Part shown: in pieces, positions 15,287 through 24,432 of the stretch
How the letters are laid out: every line of letters starts with the position of its first letter
How positions within the stretch are numbered: position 1 is the first letter of the stretch
DNA from: Minisyncoccota bacterium
GTDB taxonomy: Bacteria; Patescibacteriota; Minisyncoccia; Phycocordibacterales; CSBR16-193
Direction of reading: 5' to 3'
NCBI GenBank assembly: GCA_046542915.1
Contig: JBKHAI010000001.1
Span: 1-34,670, forward strand
DNA: 34,670 nucleotides
Made by a program: the position numbers and the translations under genes
The notes under the pieces: generated by a model
What the model was told of the DNA's origin: nothing
Databases searched by the model: none
The model's input: only the letters and a program-made list of their open reading frames with translations

Positions 15287-16081
15287 TTAAAAAGTACCAA
15301 CGGTGATAAATCTTTTTTTCCAGCCCTTCTTGAATTGCTCCTCGGTTATTCTAAGACCTCCCAGACCTTCCGCCGGATCATTATAGTAAAGAAGGTTCTC
15401 AGCTTCTCCGCTGATGACCACCAAATGAGGTATCTCACTATCGGGGTCAAAACCATGAAAAACAGAAGCGATAACGGGTCCGTCATTTAAAAAAGATAGA
15501 AACTGGTGATAAGCATCATTCATAGCCAAATGAGAAAGATCATGAGTCTCGGCCTTCAGGTCATGTTCTTCCGCCATTAAGGCCAGTCCGTTGTGAGTCC
15601 AGCCAAGTTCCGTTAAGTAATGACCGGAGGAAAGACCTTCTTCTAGCAGTAATTGCGGCGAGGTTTCTCCGGGTTTATACATCTCTATCAACATCGCCAA
15701 ACTGGCAACTCCGCAGGCCCTACCTCTCCATTTAACCCAGTTTATATCACTTGACTGAGAAAAGAACGGTACCTTGGGCACAGTGGCAGGGAGCGTTTCT
15801 TTAAGGTCTTTAGAAGCATTTTTCACTGAAGTATTATTATTTTCTCCAAGTTCGCGCTCATCTCTCTCTTTTACCGACACAGAGGCGGCCAGACTCCGAG
15901 AGTAGTCCGGCTTTAGTGGGATGCCAACGTCTTGATAAAAAAATTCGGTCGTAACCACATCGGGGGTCTTTTTATCCATATGGTTACCACTCAGAAAAGA
16001 AAAACCGGATAAAGCTCCGGCACCACTTACAAAGACCCCGAAAAACAAACCGAAAAGCGAGATCTTTAACATTGACAGCAT
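15287..16081 (-). CDS. Peptidase C39-like (papain-fold, Peptidase_C39_2-type) secreted protein
   Basis: 264 aa with an N-terminal signal or TM segment. The candidate catalytic Cys context is WRGRACGVASLAMLIEMY. A downstream His (IPHLVVISG) and NDP follow, as in C39-like domains. Confidence 0.55.
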   Translation of the reverse strand: MLSMLKISLFGLFFGVFVSGAGALSGFSFLSGNHMDKKTPDVVTTEFFYQDVGIPLKPDYSRSLAASVSVKERDERELGENNNTSVKNASKDLKETLPATVPKVPFFSQSSDINWVKWRGRACGVASLAMLIEMYKPGETSPQLLLEEGLSSGHYLTELGWTHNGLALMAEEHDLKAETHDLSHLAMNDAYHQFLSFLNDGPVIASVFHGFDPDSEIPHLVVISGEAENLLYYNDPAEGLGGLRITEEQFKKGWKKRFITVGTF

Positions 16082-16116
16082 TGAGCTTTTATACCATAAA
16101 CAAAGAGATCCTGCAA

Positions 16117-17148
16117 TTAATCTCTAACTATGATCTCAGTCCCCAGCTCCGCCCAGTGATAAAGCTCCTCGGCCTCCTCCGGGCGCATATTGACACATCC
16201 GTTGGAATAAGGGCTGCCAAAAGATTCATGCCAATAAGCTCCATGAACAACGGCCCCTTGCTCCGTAAAATAAAGATTCCACGGCACTCCCGGCAGGTCC
16301 CAGTATTGAAGACTGATACCGGGAATCGGTCCTTGCATATAACGGCTTGGTGTTTTTTTAAAAACAACAAACTCCCCTCTCGGAGTCGGAGTTAAATTCA
16401 ATCCCGTAGAAATATCATACTCCATAACTAACTCATCATTTTCGTAAGCATAGAGTTTTTGTCCACCCCGTTCAACAACTATCAGCTTCATATTACTCTT
16501 CTCTTTTGGATCTAGAGAAGAGATGATCTTGCTTCCTTCTTCAAAAAAGACCTCTACGTGATCAGCTACCACATACCAGTCCCCGGACGACCTATCCGGG
16601 TAACGAAGCCATTCATTGAATTCTATCTTATACCAAAGATGTTCTTGTCTTTCTATGCTTTTTTCAACTTTCAAGATCTGCCCGTTGCGAAGCTTTCCAA
16701 CTATCGGATGATCGGTGCCCGGTCCGGCTCGGACATTGAGACACTCGCCGTTAAAATATGGTCCACAACTACCTGTTACTTTTATGTATTGAAATAGATC
16801 TTTATCAGTAGAAGTAGCCCCAAGGTCTTCTTCGTCTTCCTTGTCCTCCTCGTCAGTTACTACGACATCTTTTTCAGGAACGTCCTCCAGGTCTTGATAC
16901 CATTTTTGATTAAGATCATTATCTTCTGCCAAATCCGTCAATTTTTTATTACCATCCGTCTCATTCTTTTCTTCATCTTGCTTGACCAAATGGCTTTCTT
17001 CCTCGATATTCACTCCCGCCTCAGCTCCTTCTGACACGGATGAGGTATTGAAAATAGAACCCCAATAGAAAAAGAACCAAAAGAAAGTAGCGAGAACCAC
17101 CAAAGATAAAAGTGATATTATAAAAAGGTTTTCGCGGTTTCTGATCAT
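16117..17148 (-). CDS. L,D-transpeptidase (YkuD domain) with SH3b-like domain and N-terminal membrane anchor
   Basis: The YkuD active-site signature VVHGAYWHESFGSPYSNGCVNMRPEEAEELY is present. An SH3-like stretch (LNVRAGPGTDHPIVGKLRNGQILKV) and an N-terminal TM segment (FIISLLSLVVLATFFWFFFYW) are followed by an acidic linker. Confidence 0.85.
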   Translation of the reverse strand: MIRNRENLFIISLLSLVVLATFFWFFFYWGSIFNTSSVSEGAEAGVNIEEESHLVKQDEEKNETDGNKKLTDLAEDNDLNQKWYQDLEDVPEKDVVVTDEEDKEDEEDLGATSTDKDLFQYIKVTGSCGPYFNGECLNVRAGPGTDHPIVGKLRNGQILKVEKSIERQEHLWYKIEFNEWLRYPDRSSGDWYVVADHVEVFFEEGSKIISSLDPKEKSNMKLIVVERGGQKLYAYENDELVMEYDISTGLNLTPTPRGEFVVFKKTPSRYMQGPIPGISLQYWDLPGVPWNLYFTEQGAVVHGAYWHESFGSPYSNGCVNMRPEEAEELYHWAELGTEIIVRD

Positions 17149-17351
17149 TACTGTTGGATTTAAACTTATTTGAATAAACCGAACATTAAAACATAAAAAT
17201 GATGAGATGCTTCAAAGTAAAAGTATTTTAATGCTACAAAGATGGCTGCTTAAGTTCTTCATATTCTATCACTTTATTCTTAAATGGATAAATTTTTTGT
17301 CAGCTTTATGCCAAAGCATATTTAGGTTAGTATTAGTGCATAAGAAAACAT

Positions 17352-17918
17352 ATGATAGGTTATCTAAAAGGAAAGGTGTTAAATATTGGCGGCTCGTGGA
17401 TAATTCTGGATGTCGAAGGAGTTGGTTACAAAATTCATTTAGAGCAAGACCTGCGGCAAAGACTAAAAGAAGGTGTCGGTCTTTCTTTGTGGACTCACCT
17501 AGCCGTCAGAGAAAACGCTCTGGATCTCTACGGCTTTGAAAGCCGAGAAAGTCTTGTTGTTTTTGAGACCCTCCTGTCGGTTTCGGGCATAGGACCGAAG
17601 TCAGCTCTGGCTATTTTGGACACCGCCTCCCCTTCCTTTTTAAGGAAAGCCGTGATCTCCGGAGAGTCCGCTGCACTTACCAAAATAGCGGGGATCGGCA
17701 AAAAAAACGCTGAAAAGATAATACTGGAGCTTCGAGGTAAGTTTGAACTTAAGGACCAAGAGGAGGCCTTTGAAGGATCCGACACAGAGGTTTACGAAGC
17801 GTTGGTAAGTTTGGGATACTCCGCCAAAGAAGTCCGTGAAGCCCTTTCACAACTTCCGAATGACGGCAGTGATATGGAGATCCGCATAAAACAAGCATTA
17901 AAAATATTAAGTTCTTGA
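17352..17918 (+). CDS. ruvA: Holliday junction branch migration complex subunit RuvA
   Basis: MIGYLKGKV… N-terminus, HhH motifs (LLSVSGIGPKSALAIL and LTKIAGIGKKNAEKIILEL) and a C-terminal domain III. The gene overlaps the next gene by 4 bp. Confidence 0.9.
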   Translation: MIGYLKGKVLNIGGSWIILDVEGVGYKIHLEQDLRQRLKEGVGLSLWTHLAVRENALDLYGFESRESLVVFETLLSVSGIGPKSALAILDTASPSFLRKAVISGESAALTKIAGIGKKNAEKIILELRGKFELKDQEEAFEGSDTEVYEALVSLGYSAKEVREALSQLPNDGSDMEIRIKQALKILSS

Positions 17919-19204
17919 TCATGCTACGTTTCTTAAGATCTTTAATACCCTCTAAGTTGTTGAACTTGATCCGTTCTCCCTATCATTTTTTATTAGCCTG
18001 CGCCGGAGCTTTCTTTTACAAACATCCTTCAAAAGACCTGACCGTTATAGGAGTGACCGGCACTAAAGGAAAATCCACCACTGTGGAACTATTAACGGCT
18101 ATCTTGAACTCGGCCGGATATAAAACAGCTTCCACCAGCACGATCAGGTTCTCAATAGGAAATAAAATACAAGAGAACAAATACAAGATGACGATGCCGG
18201 GAAGGTTCTTTTTACAGAAGTTCTTGTCGGAAGCGGTGGAACAGAACTGCGCTTACGCGGTGCTGGAGATGACCTCCGAGGGAGCAAAACAGCATCGGCA
18301 CGCCTTTGTTCATATGAACGCCTTGGTTTTTTTAAATTTAAGCCCGGAACATATAGACTCTCACGGCTCTTATGAAAAATACAAAAAAGCCAAACTTTCT
18401 TTGGCCAAAGCCCTGGAAGGGTCACCAAAGGGCGGTCGGGCTATTATTGTAAATTCCGACGACAAGGAGGCGCCGGATTTTCTTTCCGTAGATGTAGAAC
18501 ACAAGCTCACCTTCTCTTTAAACCACGCCGAAAAAATAAAAGACACCGAGGAAGGTCTTTCTTTTGTTTACAACGGCGAACACATCGTTTCTTCCTTAAG
18601 AGGCCATTTCAATGTCTATAATATCTGTGCCGCTTTGACGGTGACAGAGTACTTCGGAATACCAACTCAAACGGCAAAAAGAGCGATCGCTTTAACCGAT
18701 AGAATTGAAGGCCGAGTGGAAGAAGTGAAGATCAGTCAAAACCAACCTTTCAAAGTATATGTTGATTATGCCCATACCCCTGATTCACTAAAAGCCCTAT
18801 ATGAGACCTTTAAAGATCAAAGGTTAGTCTGTGTCTTAGGTAGTGCCGGTGGAGGCCGTGACCGGTGGAAAAGACCAGAAATGGGAAAGCTGGCCGAAAA
18901 ATATTGCAAATACATAATTCTGACCAACGAAGATCCTTATGATGAAGACCCCCGGGAAATAGTTGAGGACATAAAAAAAGGAATGGAAAAACAGAAACCG
19001 AAAATAATAATGGAAAGAAGAGAAGCCATAAAAAAAGCCCTTAAAAAAGCCCTGTCGCTTTCTCAAGATAAAAAAGATGGCCGCCAAACGATCGTTCTTA
19101 TAACCGGAAAAGGAACCGACCCTTTCATTATGGGGCCTCACGGTTCCCGAGAACCTTGGAGTGATACCGGCGTAACCATTGAAGAGTTGAAGAAGGTCTT
19201 ATAG
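17915..19204 (+). CDS. murE: Mur ligase, MurE-like (UDP-MurNAc-L-Ala-D-Glu:amino acid ligase), short form
   Basis: P-loop VIGVTGTKGKSTT and the MurE-type motif DYAHTPDSLKAL. Where MurE carries DNPR, this protein reads ILTNEDPYDEDPREIV. At 429 aa it lacks most of the usual N-terminal domain. Confidence 0.7.
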   Translation: MIMLRFLRSLIPSKLLNLIRSPYHFLLACAGAFFYKHPSKDLTVIGVTGTKGKSTTVELLTAILNSAGYKTASTSTIRFSIGNKIQENKYKMTMPGRFFLQKFLSEAVEQNCAYAVLEMTSEGAKQHRHAFVHMNALVFLNLSPEHIDSHGSYEKYKKAKLSLAKALEGSPKGGRAIIVNSDDKEAPDFLSVDVEHKLTFSLNHAEKIKDTEEGLSFVYNGEHIVSSLRGHFNVYNICAALTVTEYFGIPTQTAKRAIALTDRIEGRVEEVKISQNQPFKVYVDYAHTPDSLKALYETFKDQRLVCVLGSAGGGRDRWKRPEMGKLAEKYCKYIILTNEDPYDEDPREIVEDIKKGMEKQKPKIIMERREAIKKALKKALSLSQDKKDGRQTIVLITGKGTDPFIMGPHGSREPWSDTGVTIEELKKVL

Positions 19205-19219
19205 ATAAATATAAATAAA

Positions 19220-20152
19220 ATGCCGGAATTACCAGAGGTCCAAACCACGGTCACCGAACTGAACGATCAACTGGTCGGTTTATCCATCCACGGCGTTTGG
19301 AGTAGTTATGATTCAAAATACTACCAGGGTAAAAGAAACATTAAAGACAGAGATCATTTTAAAAGATTTAAAAAGGAGACCCTCAACAGGACCATAGTGA
19401 CGATCAACCGGATCGGGAAATATATACTCATAAGACTTTCGGGTGATCTGACCATTTTGATCCATATGAAAATGACAGGACATCTTCTCTACGGCAGGTA
19501 TCGAAAAGCCTACCGCAAGGAAAAAGAAGAGAAATTTGCCGACTGGATAGCCCTGGAAGAAGGTCCCCTGAAAGAAGATCCTTTCAACCGCTTCATCAGG
19601 CTTGTTTTCACACTCTCAAACGGAAAACATCTGGTCTTGTCCGACGCCAGAAAATTCGCAACCGTCTGTTTTTTTGACACTGATGACCCTCCCAAGGCGG
19701 TAAAAAGACTGGGTCCCGACCCCTTATTAAAAGATTTTACTTTTAAGGTCTTTTTGGAGATCCTGCCTTATCATTCACAAAAACCCATAAAAAGTGTTCT
19801 GTTAGACCAAGAGGTCATCGCCGGGATCGGTAACATATATTCTGATGAAATACTATGGAATTCGGGTATCCATCCGATGAGTACTACAGGAGCGATCCCG
19901 CAAAAAGCCCTTTTTGAGCTATATCGCTCTATGAAAGTCATATTAAGACAAGGAGTTAGGTTAGGTGGCGACTCTGTTTCCGATTACAGGAATCCCAGTG
20001 GAGCAAAAGGGAATTACCATTATCATCATAAAGCCTACCAAAACACCGGATCGTCTTGTAGCCGCCGAGGATGCAAAGGAGTAATAAGGCGTTGTGTTAT
20101 AGGAGGAAGAAGTACTCATTTCTGCGACCAGCACCAGATACTTTATAAGTAA
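19220..20152 (+). CDS. mutM: Formamidopyrimidine-DNA glycosylase (Fpg/MutM)
   Basis: MPELPEV N-terminus with the catalytic Pro2/Glu3 context, the H2TH region (LLDQEVIAGIGNIYSDEILW) and a C-terminal zinc-finger region (GRSTHFC…). Confidence 0.9.
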   Translation: MPELPEVQTTVTELNDQLVGLSIHGVWSSYDSKYYQGKRNIKDRDHFKRFKKETLNRTIVTINRIGKYILIRLSGDLTILIHMKMTGHLLYGRYRKAYRKEKEEKFADWIALEEGPLKEDPFNRFIRLVFTLSNGKHLVLSDARKFATVCFFDTDDPPKAVKRLGPDPLLKDFTFKVFLEILPYHSQKPIKSVLLDQEVIAGIGNIYSDEILWNSGIHPMSTTGAIPQKALFELYRSMKVILRQGVRLGGDSVSDYRNPSGAKGNYHYHHKAYQNTGSSCSRRGCKGVIRRCVIGGRSTHFCDQHQILYK

Positions 20153-20153
20153 C

Positions 20154-20645
20154 TTACTCATGAAGTAATTGAAAGATCGCGATCCCGCAAGCTACCGCCA
20201 CGTTCAATGATTCTTTCTTGCCTTTCATAGGGATCTCTATAACTTTATCGGTCTTAGCAATGATACTCCCTGAAATACCTCTTACCTCATTGCCTACGAT
20301 CAAGGCAAAAGAAGAAGGATCAACACTGCGGTGATCAACGGAAGAAGAATGCTGTTCAAGCGCCAGTATTTCCACGTTCTTTTTTTGTAAGGCAGTGATC
20401 AGAAAACTGATATCCTTAAAATACTGCCAAGGAACGTTTTCCTCTGCCCCTAAAGATGTCTTTTCCAGGTCCTTTCTCTTTTTACCGAATCTATCTATCG
20501 GTGAAGGTGTATAACCGGTCAAATAGACCTTATCCACCCCTGCGGCGTCAGCGGTTCGCAACATAGATCCGACGTTATAAACGCTTCTGATATTATGCAG
20601 GATCAAATAACCGGTTTTTTGTTTTTCATTCCTTTGACTAAACAT
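20154..20645 (-). CDS. SpoU/TrmH-family RNA 2'-O-methyltransferase
   Basis: SPOUT motifs NVGSMLRTADAAG, LIVGNEVRGISG and IPMKGKKESLNVAVACGIAIF. Confidence 0.8.
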   Translation of the reverse strand: MFSQRNEKQKTGYLILHNIRSVYNVGSMLRTADAAGVDKVYLTGYTPSPIDRFGKKRKDLEKTSLGAEENVPWQYFKDISFLITALQKKNVEILALEQHSSSVDHRSVDPSSFALIVGNEVRGISGSIIAKTDKVIEIPMKGKKESLNVAVACGIAIFQLLHE

Positions 20646-20699
20646 AGATGTTTTAGTATATTATTGGGGCAAGGATCTTGTTTTGATCTTATTGAATTT

Positions 20700-20772
20700 C
20701 CGCCCATAGCTCAGCTGGTAGAGCAACGGCCTTTTAAGCCGGGGGTCCTAGGTTCGATTCCTAGTGGGCGGA
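20700..20772 (+). tRNA. tRNA-Lys (anticodon UUU)
   Basis: Hand-folded cloverleaf: acceptor CCGCCCA/TGGGCGG; D arm GCTC-AGCTGGTA-GAGC; anticodon arm (A)CGGC-CTTTTAA-GCCG(G); 5-nt variable loop GGGTC; T arm CTAGG-TTCGATT-CCTAG; discriminator A. No CCA is encoded. Confidence 0.9.
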
Positions 20773-20812
20773 CAAAGACACGATAATAATTCTTAAGAAC
20801 ATTCCATTTTCT

Positions 20813-21526
20813 CTAGAGTTTCAAGAGTAATTTCTCCAAAGAAATATGAAGAGGGGTCTTCCCTTTCCTGCTCCGCAGGGAGGCGCTTAAAAGTTCTAAG
20901 GAGATCTCTTCCAGTTCTCTGTTTTGAAAATTTTCGGCATAGCGTTTAGCTTTTTTATAAGGATAATCTTTCATTCCGGCCTCTTGGGCGGACAGAGAAC
21001 AAGAAGCGGCTTGCATACTTTTTATTATCCAAGTAATGACAGCCAATAACTCTTCGGGGTCTTTCCCGAGCATCAGAGCGGTCTGAAAAAGCTTCCATGC
21101 TTTTGGGGCGTTTTTCTCTCCCACCGCGTCGGCAATGTCGAAATTATTAAAAACTTCTTTTTTCTCTTCTTTTTCTTCGGTTTTTTCTGTGATGTAGGCC
21201 TTGTCTTTTATCTTTTTGAAATAAGCCGGCGAGATGTCCAACTCTGAAAAAATAAAGACGTGACCGGAATCCGCCATTAGATCAAGATGTTTAAGAATGA
21301 AAGCGGAATATTCTTTGTTCTTTAAGACAGCTCTTAAAAGCACGATGTGCTTTTCATCAAAGAGTCCGCTACTAAACAGAAGCTCCTCCAGATCAGAAAC
21401 ACCGAAACTTTCCTCGTCCAAAGAAAAAACTTGGGTATTGGGGCGCTTCTTTTTAAGGGAGTCGGTTATCTCTTTTATTCTTTTTTTTCTTTTTGTAAAA
21501 GAATTTCCGTATAAAAGTATTAGCAT
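20813..21526 (-). CDS. holA: DNA polymerase III delta subunit (HolA)-like, short form
   Basis: 237 aa. The N-terminus (LILLYGNSF…) and GLFDEKHIVLLRAV fit the HolA domain I pattern. Its position directly downstream of polA supports the call. Similarity is judged by eye only. Confidence 0.45.
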   Translation of the reverse strand: MLILLYGNSFTKRKKRIKEITDSLKKKRPNTQVFSLDEESFGVSDLEELLFSSGLFDEKHIVLLRAVLKNKEYSAFILKHLDLMADSGHVFIFSELDISPAYFKKIKDKAYITEKTEEKEEKKEVFNNFDIADAVGEKNAPKAWKLFQTALMLGKDPEELLAVITWIIKSMQAASCSLSAQEAGMKDYPYKKAKRYAENFQNRELEEISLELLSASLRSRKGKTPLHISLEKLLLKL

Positions 21527-21529
21527 ATA

Positions 21530-23902
21530 TTATTTTAAAAACCTATCCATTTTGCCCCATGATTTACCTTTTTCTACGTTGACTTCAAGGGGTACCTCTT
21601 TATAACCTTCCTTTACCAAAACCGATTCCATTATTGCTTTGGCGTTATGGATAAAATCCTGGTAGAGGTCATCAAGAACTTCAAAGACCAGCTCATCATG
21701 AACCTGTAAAAGAAGAAAGGCTTCATCCTCTTTCTTTTCTTCTTGTAAAAAGGACCGGACCAAAACCGCGGCTCTTTTTATGATATCCGCCGCTGTTCCT
21801 TGAATGGGTGCGTTCACCGCCGCCCTTTCAGCTCCGGCTCTGATATAAGGAACAGATGAGTTCAAGCCGGCCACATAGCGACGGCGCCCGAAAAGAGTTT
21901 TGGTATAACCAAGATCGTGAGCAGACCTTTTCACTTCCTCGATATATTTCGCCAGACCGGAAAAACGTTCAAAATATTTATTTAAAAACTCACGTGCTTC
22001 GGCCTGAGAAGTCTCAAGATTGGCTTTCAGGGCGTTAACCCCCATACCGTACATAATACCGAAGTTTATGACCTTGGCCTTACGTCGCATCTCTTTGTCA
22101 ACTTCTTGTTCCGGAACTTCAAAGACCTCCGAGGCCACAGCTGAGTGAATGTCCCCTCCTTCTTTAAAAACAGCAACCAACTTTTCATCTTCGGAAAGTA
22201 TCGCCGCCACTCTTAGCTCTATTTGAGAGTAATCACAAGCAACCAAAGTATATCCTTCTCGGGCCACGAAGACATTTCTTATCTTCCGGCCCCTTTCGGT
22301 ACTTACCGGTATATTTTGCAGATTGGGATTACTTGAAGATATTCTACCGGTGGTAGTACCGGTCTGTAAAAACTCAGCATGGATAACTTCATTTTCGTCA
22401 ACCATAGAAAGCAACGGTTCTATATAAGTAGTTAAAAGTTTATTTATTTCTCTATAATTTAAGATCTCTTCAATAATAGGATGTTTGTCTTTCAATTTTA
22501 CGAGTTCCGATTCCCTGGTAGAAAGAGAGCCGGTGGAGGTTTTTTTCAAGTTCTTGGTATGAAGACCCAATTTATTGAACAAAACTTCTCCTAGCTGTTG
22601 CGGGGAATTGATATTAAAATCCGATCCGGCCTGTTTTTTTATTCTTTTCTCTTCTTTCTTTAGGTCTTGCTCGTACTCTTTTTTTATTTCTTTCAACTCT
22701 TTGGTATCGATCTTTATTCCCCGCTTACTCATCTTCTCCACTATCTCAATAAAGGGCCTCTCTATTCTTTCAAAGACATCGTTCAGCTCGTTTTCTTGTA
22801 AAGCTTTCATTGCTTTGGAATAAGCGGATGTGAGATCGGAAGTTGCAAAAAGTGACAGGATGTCATCTTTTTCCGGTTGGGTTAACTCGGAGTTTAAAAG
22901 CCACGAAGCCACCTTCAGTTCTTTGTACTGCTTTTCGGTAATATCGGAACTTTCGTTTTTTTCACTTTGATCTTTTTTTGGCAAACCGACGGTTTCCTTA
23001 AATCTCCCTATCAGGCTTCTAAAGTCCAACTCGGAAAAAAGCTTGTTAACCTTTTCCGAATCCACAGAATCTTTCCAGTCATTTTGAGGCAAAGAAAAAT
23101 CCAAAGGGGCGTCTTTTCTGATGGTGGCCAGCATCTTGGAAAATCGTGCTTCTTCTTTGTTTTGAAGCAATAAATTGATGATCCTTTCTGTAACTCCGGC
23201 TTTTTTGATCTTTTCCGGTTCCTCCTCGGCAGTTTTAAGTATTTCTTCCAGTTCCCCGAATGACGCTATTAAACTTTTGGCTGTTTTCTCACCTATGCCT
23301 TTAATGCCGGGAATATTATCCGACGGGTCACCACAGAGGCCTTTGAAGTCGGGTAACAACTGGGGTGAAAATCCAAAGCGATCCAAAACGGCTTTTTCAT
23401 CATAAATAACAGTATCTTTAATACCTTTTTTTAAAGTAAAGACCCTGACCTTATCTTTATCCACCAATTGCAATGTATCCATATCCCCCGAGGCGATGAT
23501 AACGGATAGGTCTTTTTCTTTTTTTAAGATCTCAGTAATGGTACCGATAATATCATCCGCCTCAAATCCGACCGATTCATAAATAGGAATACCGAAAGCC
23601 GAAAAAACATCTTTGGCCCGCTGAAGTTGAGCCTTGAGATCGTCTTCGGCTTTAACCCTGCCGGCTTTATAAGCATCATAAGCTTTATGGCGATATGTCG
23701 GCTCCGGAACATCAAAACACGCTATTAAAAGATCGGGTTCCAGATCATTTATGGCCTTTAATAACATGGTCACCAGACCATAGAGAGCACCGGTCGGTTC
23801 TCCTTTAGAAGAAGAAAAAGGCGGTAAGGCATGATAAGCCCGATGAATAACGGCATGGGCGTCGATCAGAACAATTGTTTTTTCCTTTCTCTTTTTAGTC
23901 AT
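21530..23902 (-). CDS. polA: DNA polymerase I (5'-nuclease plus polymerase domains; 3'-5' exonuclease region nearly absent)
   Basis: 5'-nuclease and H3TH motifs (VLIDAHAVIHRAYHAL and GDPSDNIPGIKGIGEKTA). Polymerase motif A is ACDYSQIELRV, motif B is RRKAKVINFGIMYGM and motif C is LQVHDELVFE. Confidence 0.9.
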   Translation of the reverse strand: MTKKRKEKTIVLIDAHAVIHRAYHALPPFSSSKGEPTGALYGLVTMLLKAINDLEPDLLIACFDVPEPTYRHKAYDAYKAGRVKAEDDLKAQLQRAKDVFSAFGIPIYESVGFEADDIIGTITEILKKEKDLSVIIASGDMDTLQLVDKDKVRVFTLKKGIKDTVIYDEKAVLDRFGFSPQLLPDFKGLCGDPSDNIPGIKGIGEKTAKSLIASFGELEEILKTAEEEPEKIKKAGVTERIINLLLQNKEEARFSKMLATIRKDAPLDFSLPQNDWKDSVDSEKVNKLFSELDFRSLIGRFKETVGLPKKDQSEKNESSDITEKQYKELKVASWLLNSELTQPEKDDILSLFATSDLTSAYSKAMKALQENELNDVFERIERPFIEIVEKMSKRGIKIDTKELKEIKKEYEQDLKKEEKRIKKQAGSDFNINSPQQLGEVLFNKLGLHTKNLKKTSTGSLSTRESELVKLKDKHPIIEEILNYREINKLLTTYIEPLLSMVDENEVIHAEFLQTGTTTGRISSSNPNLQNIPVSTERGRKIRNVFVAREGYTLVACDYSQIELRVAAILSEDEKLVAVFKEGGDIHSAVASEVFEVPEQEVDKEMRRKAKVINFGIMYGMGVNALKANLETSQAEAREFLNKYFERFSGLAKYIEEVKRSAHDLGYTKTLFGRRRYVAGLNSSVPYIRAGAERAAVNAPIQGTAADIIKRAAVLVRSFLQEEKKEDEAFLLLQVHDELVFEVLDDLYQDFIHNAKAIMESVLVKEGYKEVPLEVNVEKGKSWGKMDRFLK

Positions 23903-24338
23903 AAAATATTTTTAGAAGCCGCTTTTTTTCCGATACTACCTCAAAATTGATCTTTAGAGAATCCGGTGGTATGACCGAACAGACATTTTCCGGCCATTCC
24001 AAACATATTAAATTGTCGGGGTCTTTTAGTTTTTGTGGCCAATCGATAGTATTCATATCGTCTGACGAATTCAGTCGGTAAGCATCTATGTGAATAAAAC
24101 AAGGGAAACCGGGACTACTGGTCTCGTACCGCCTTTCTATAACAAAGGTAGGGCTAATGACCCTCTCCGAAATTCCCAAGGCCTCAGCCAAACCTTTGGC
24201 AAAAACCGTCTTTCCGCTACCCAACTCTCCCGATAAAGCCACAACCGAAGCGGCTTTATCTTTTTTTCTGATCATCTCTTTTAAGACCGATCTCGCCTGC
24301 CTTTTTGTTTCTTCTTCGTTTTTCACGATAACCTCCAT
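23895..24338 (-). CDS. tsaE: tRNA t6A37 biosynthesis ATPase TsaE (YjeE)
   Basis: LSGELGSGKTVFAKGLAEALGI…VISPTFVI…HIDAYRL signature. The gene overlaps the polA start by 8 bp. Confidence 0.85.
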   Translation of the reverse strand: MEVIVKNEEETKRQARSVLKEMIRKKDKAASVVALSGELGSGKTVFAKGLAEALGISERVISPTFVIERRYETSSPGFPCFIHIDAYRLNSSDDMNTIDWPQKLKDPDNLICLEWPENVCSVIPPDSLKINFEVVSEKKRLLKIFYD

Positions 24339-24432
24339 TTTTCTATTCTAACAAAAAAAACAGACCGATACCTTAGATGATACTAACGGCCGAACGGGAC
24401 ACCGATTTAAAAAAGGTCTTAAAACTGCTACA

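Noticed and set aside
15255-15302. Hairpin GTTGGTA…TACCAAC overlapping the stop of the C39-like gene, as a terminator
   Set aside because: The stem is only 7 bp with a 15-nt loop. It overlaps coding sequence and has only a weak T-run on the minus strand. It is too marginal to call.
16072-16395. 107-aa plus-strand ORF, the 80-aa minus-strand ORF at 16128..16370, and similar overlapping ORFs (17207..17539, 17528..17785, 18144..18428, 31077..31277, 34347..34559)
   Set aside because: All are alternative-frame or antisense overlaps of genes with strong family signatures (L,D-transpeptidase, ruvA, murE, the DUF721 gene, rnpA). They show biased, low-complexity composition.
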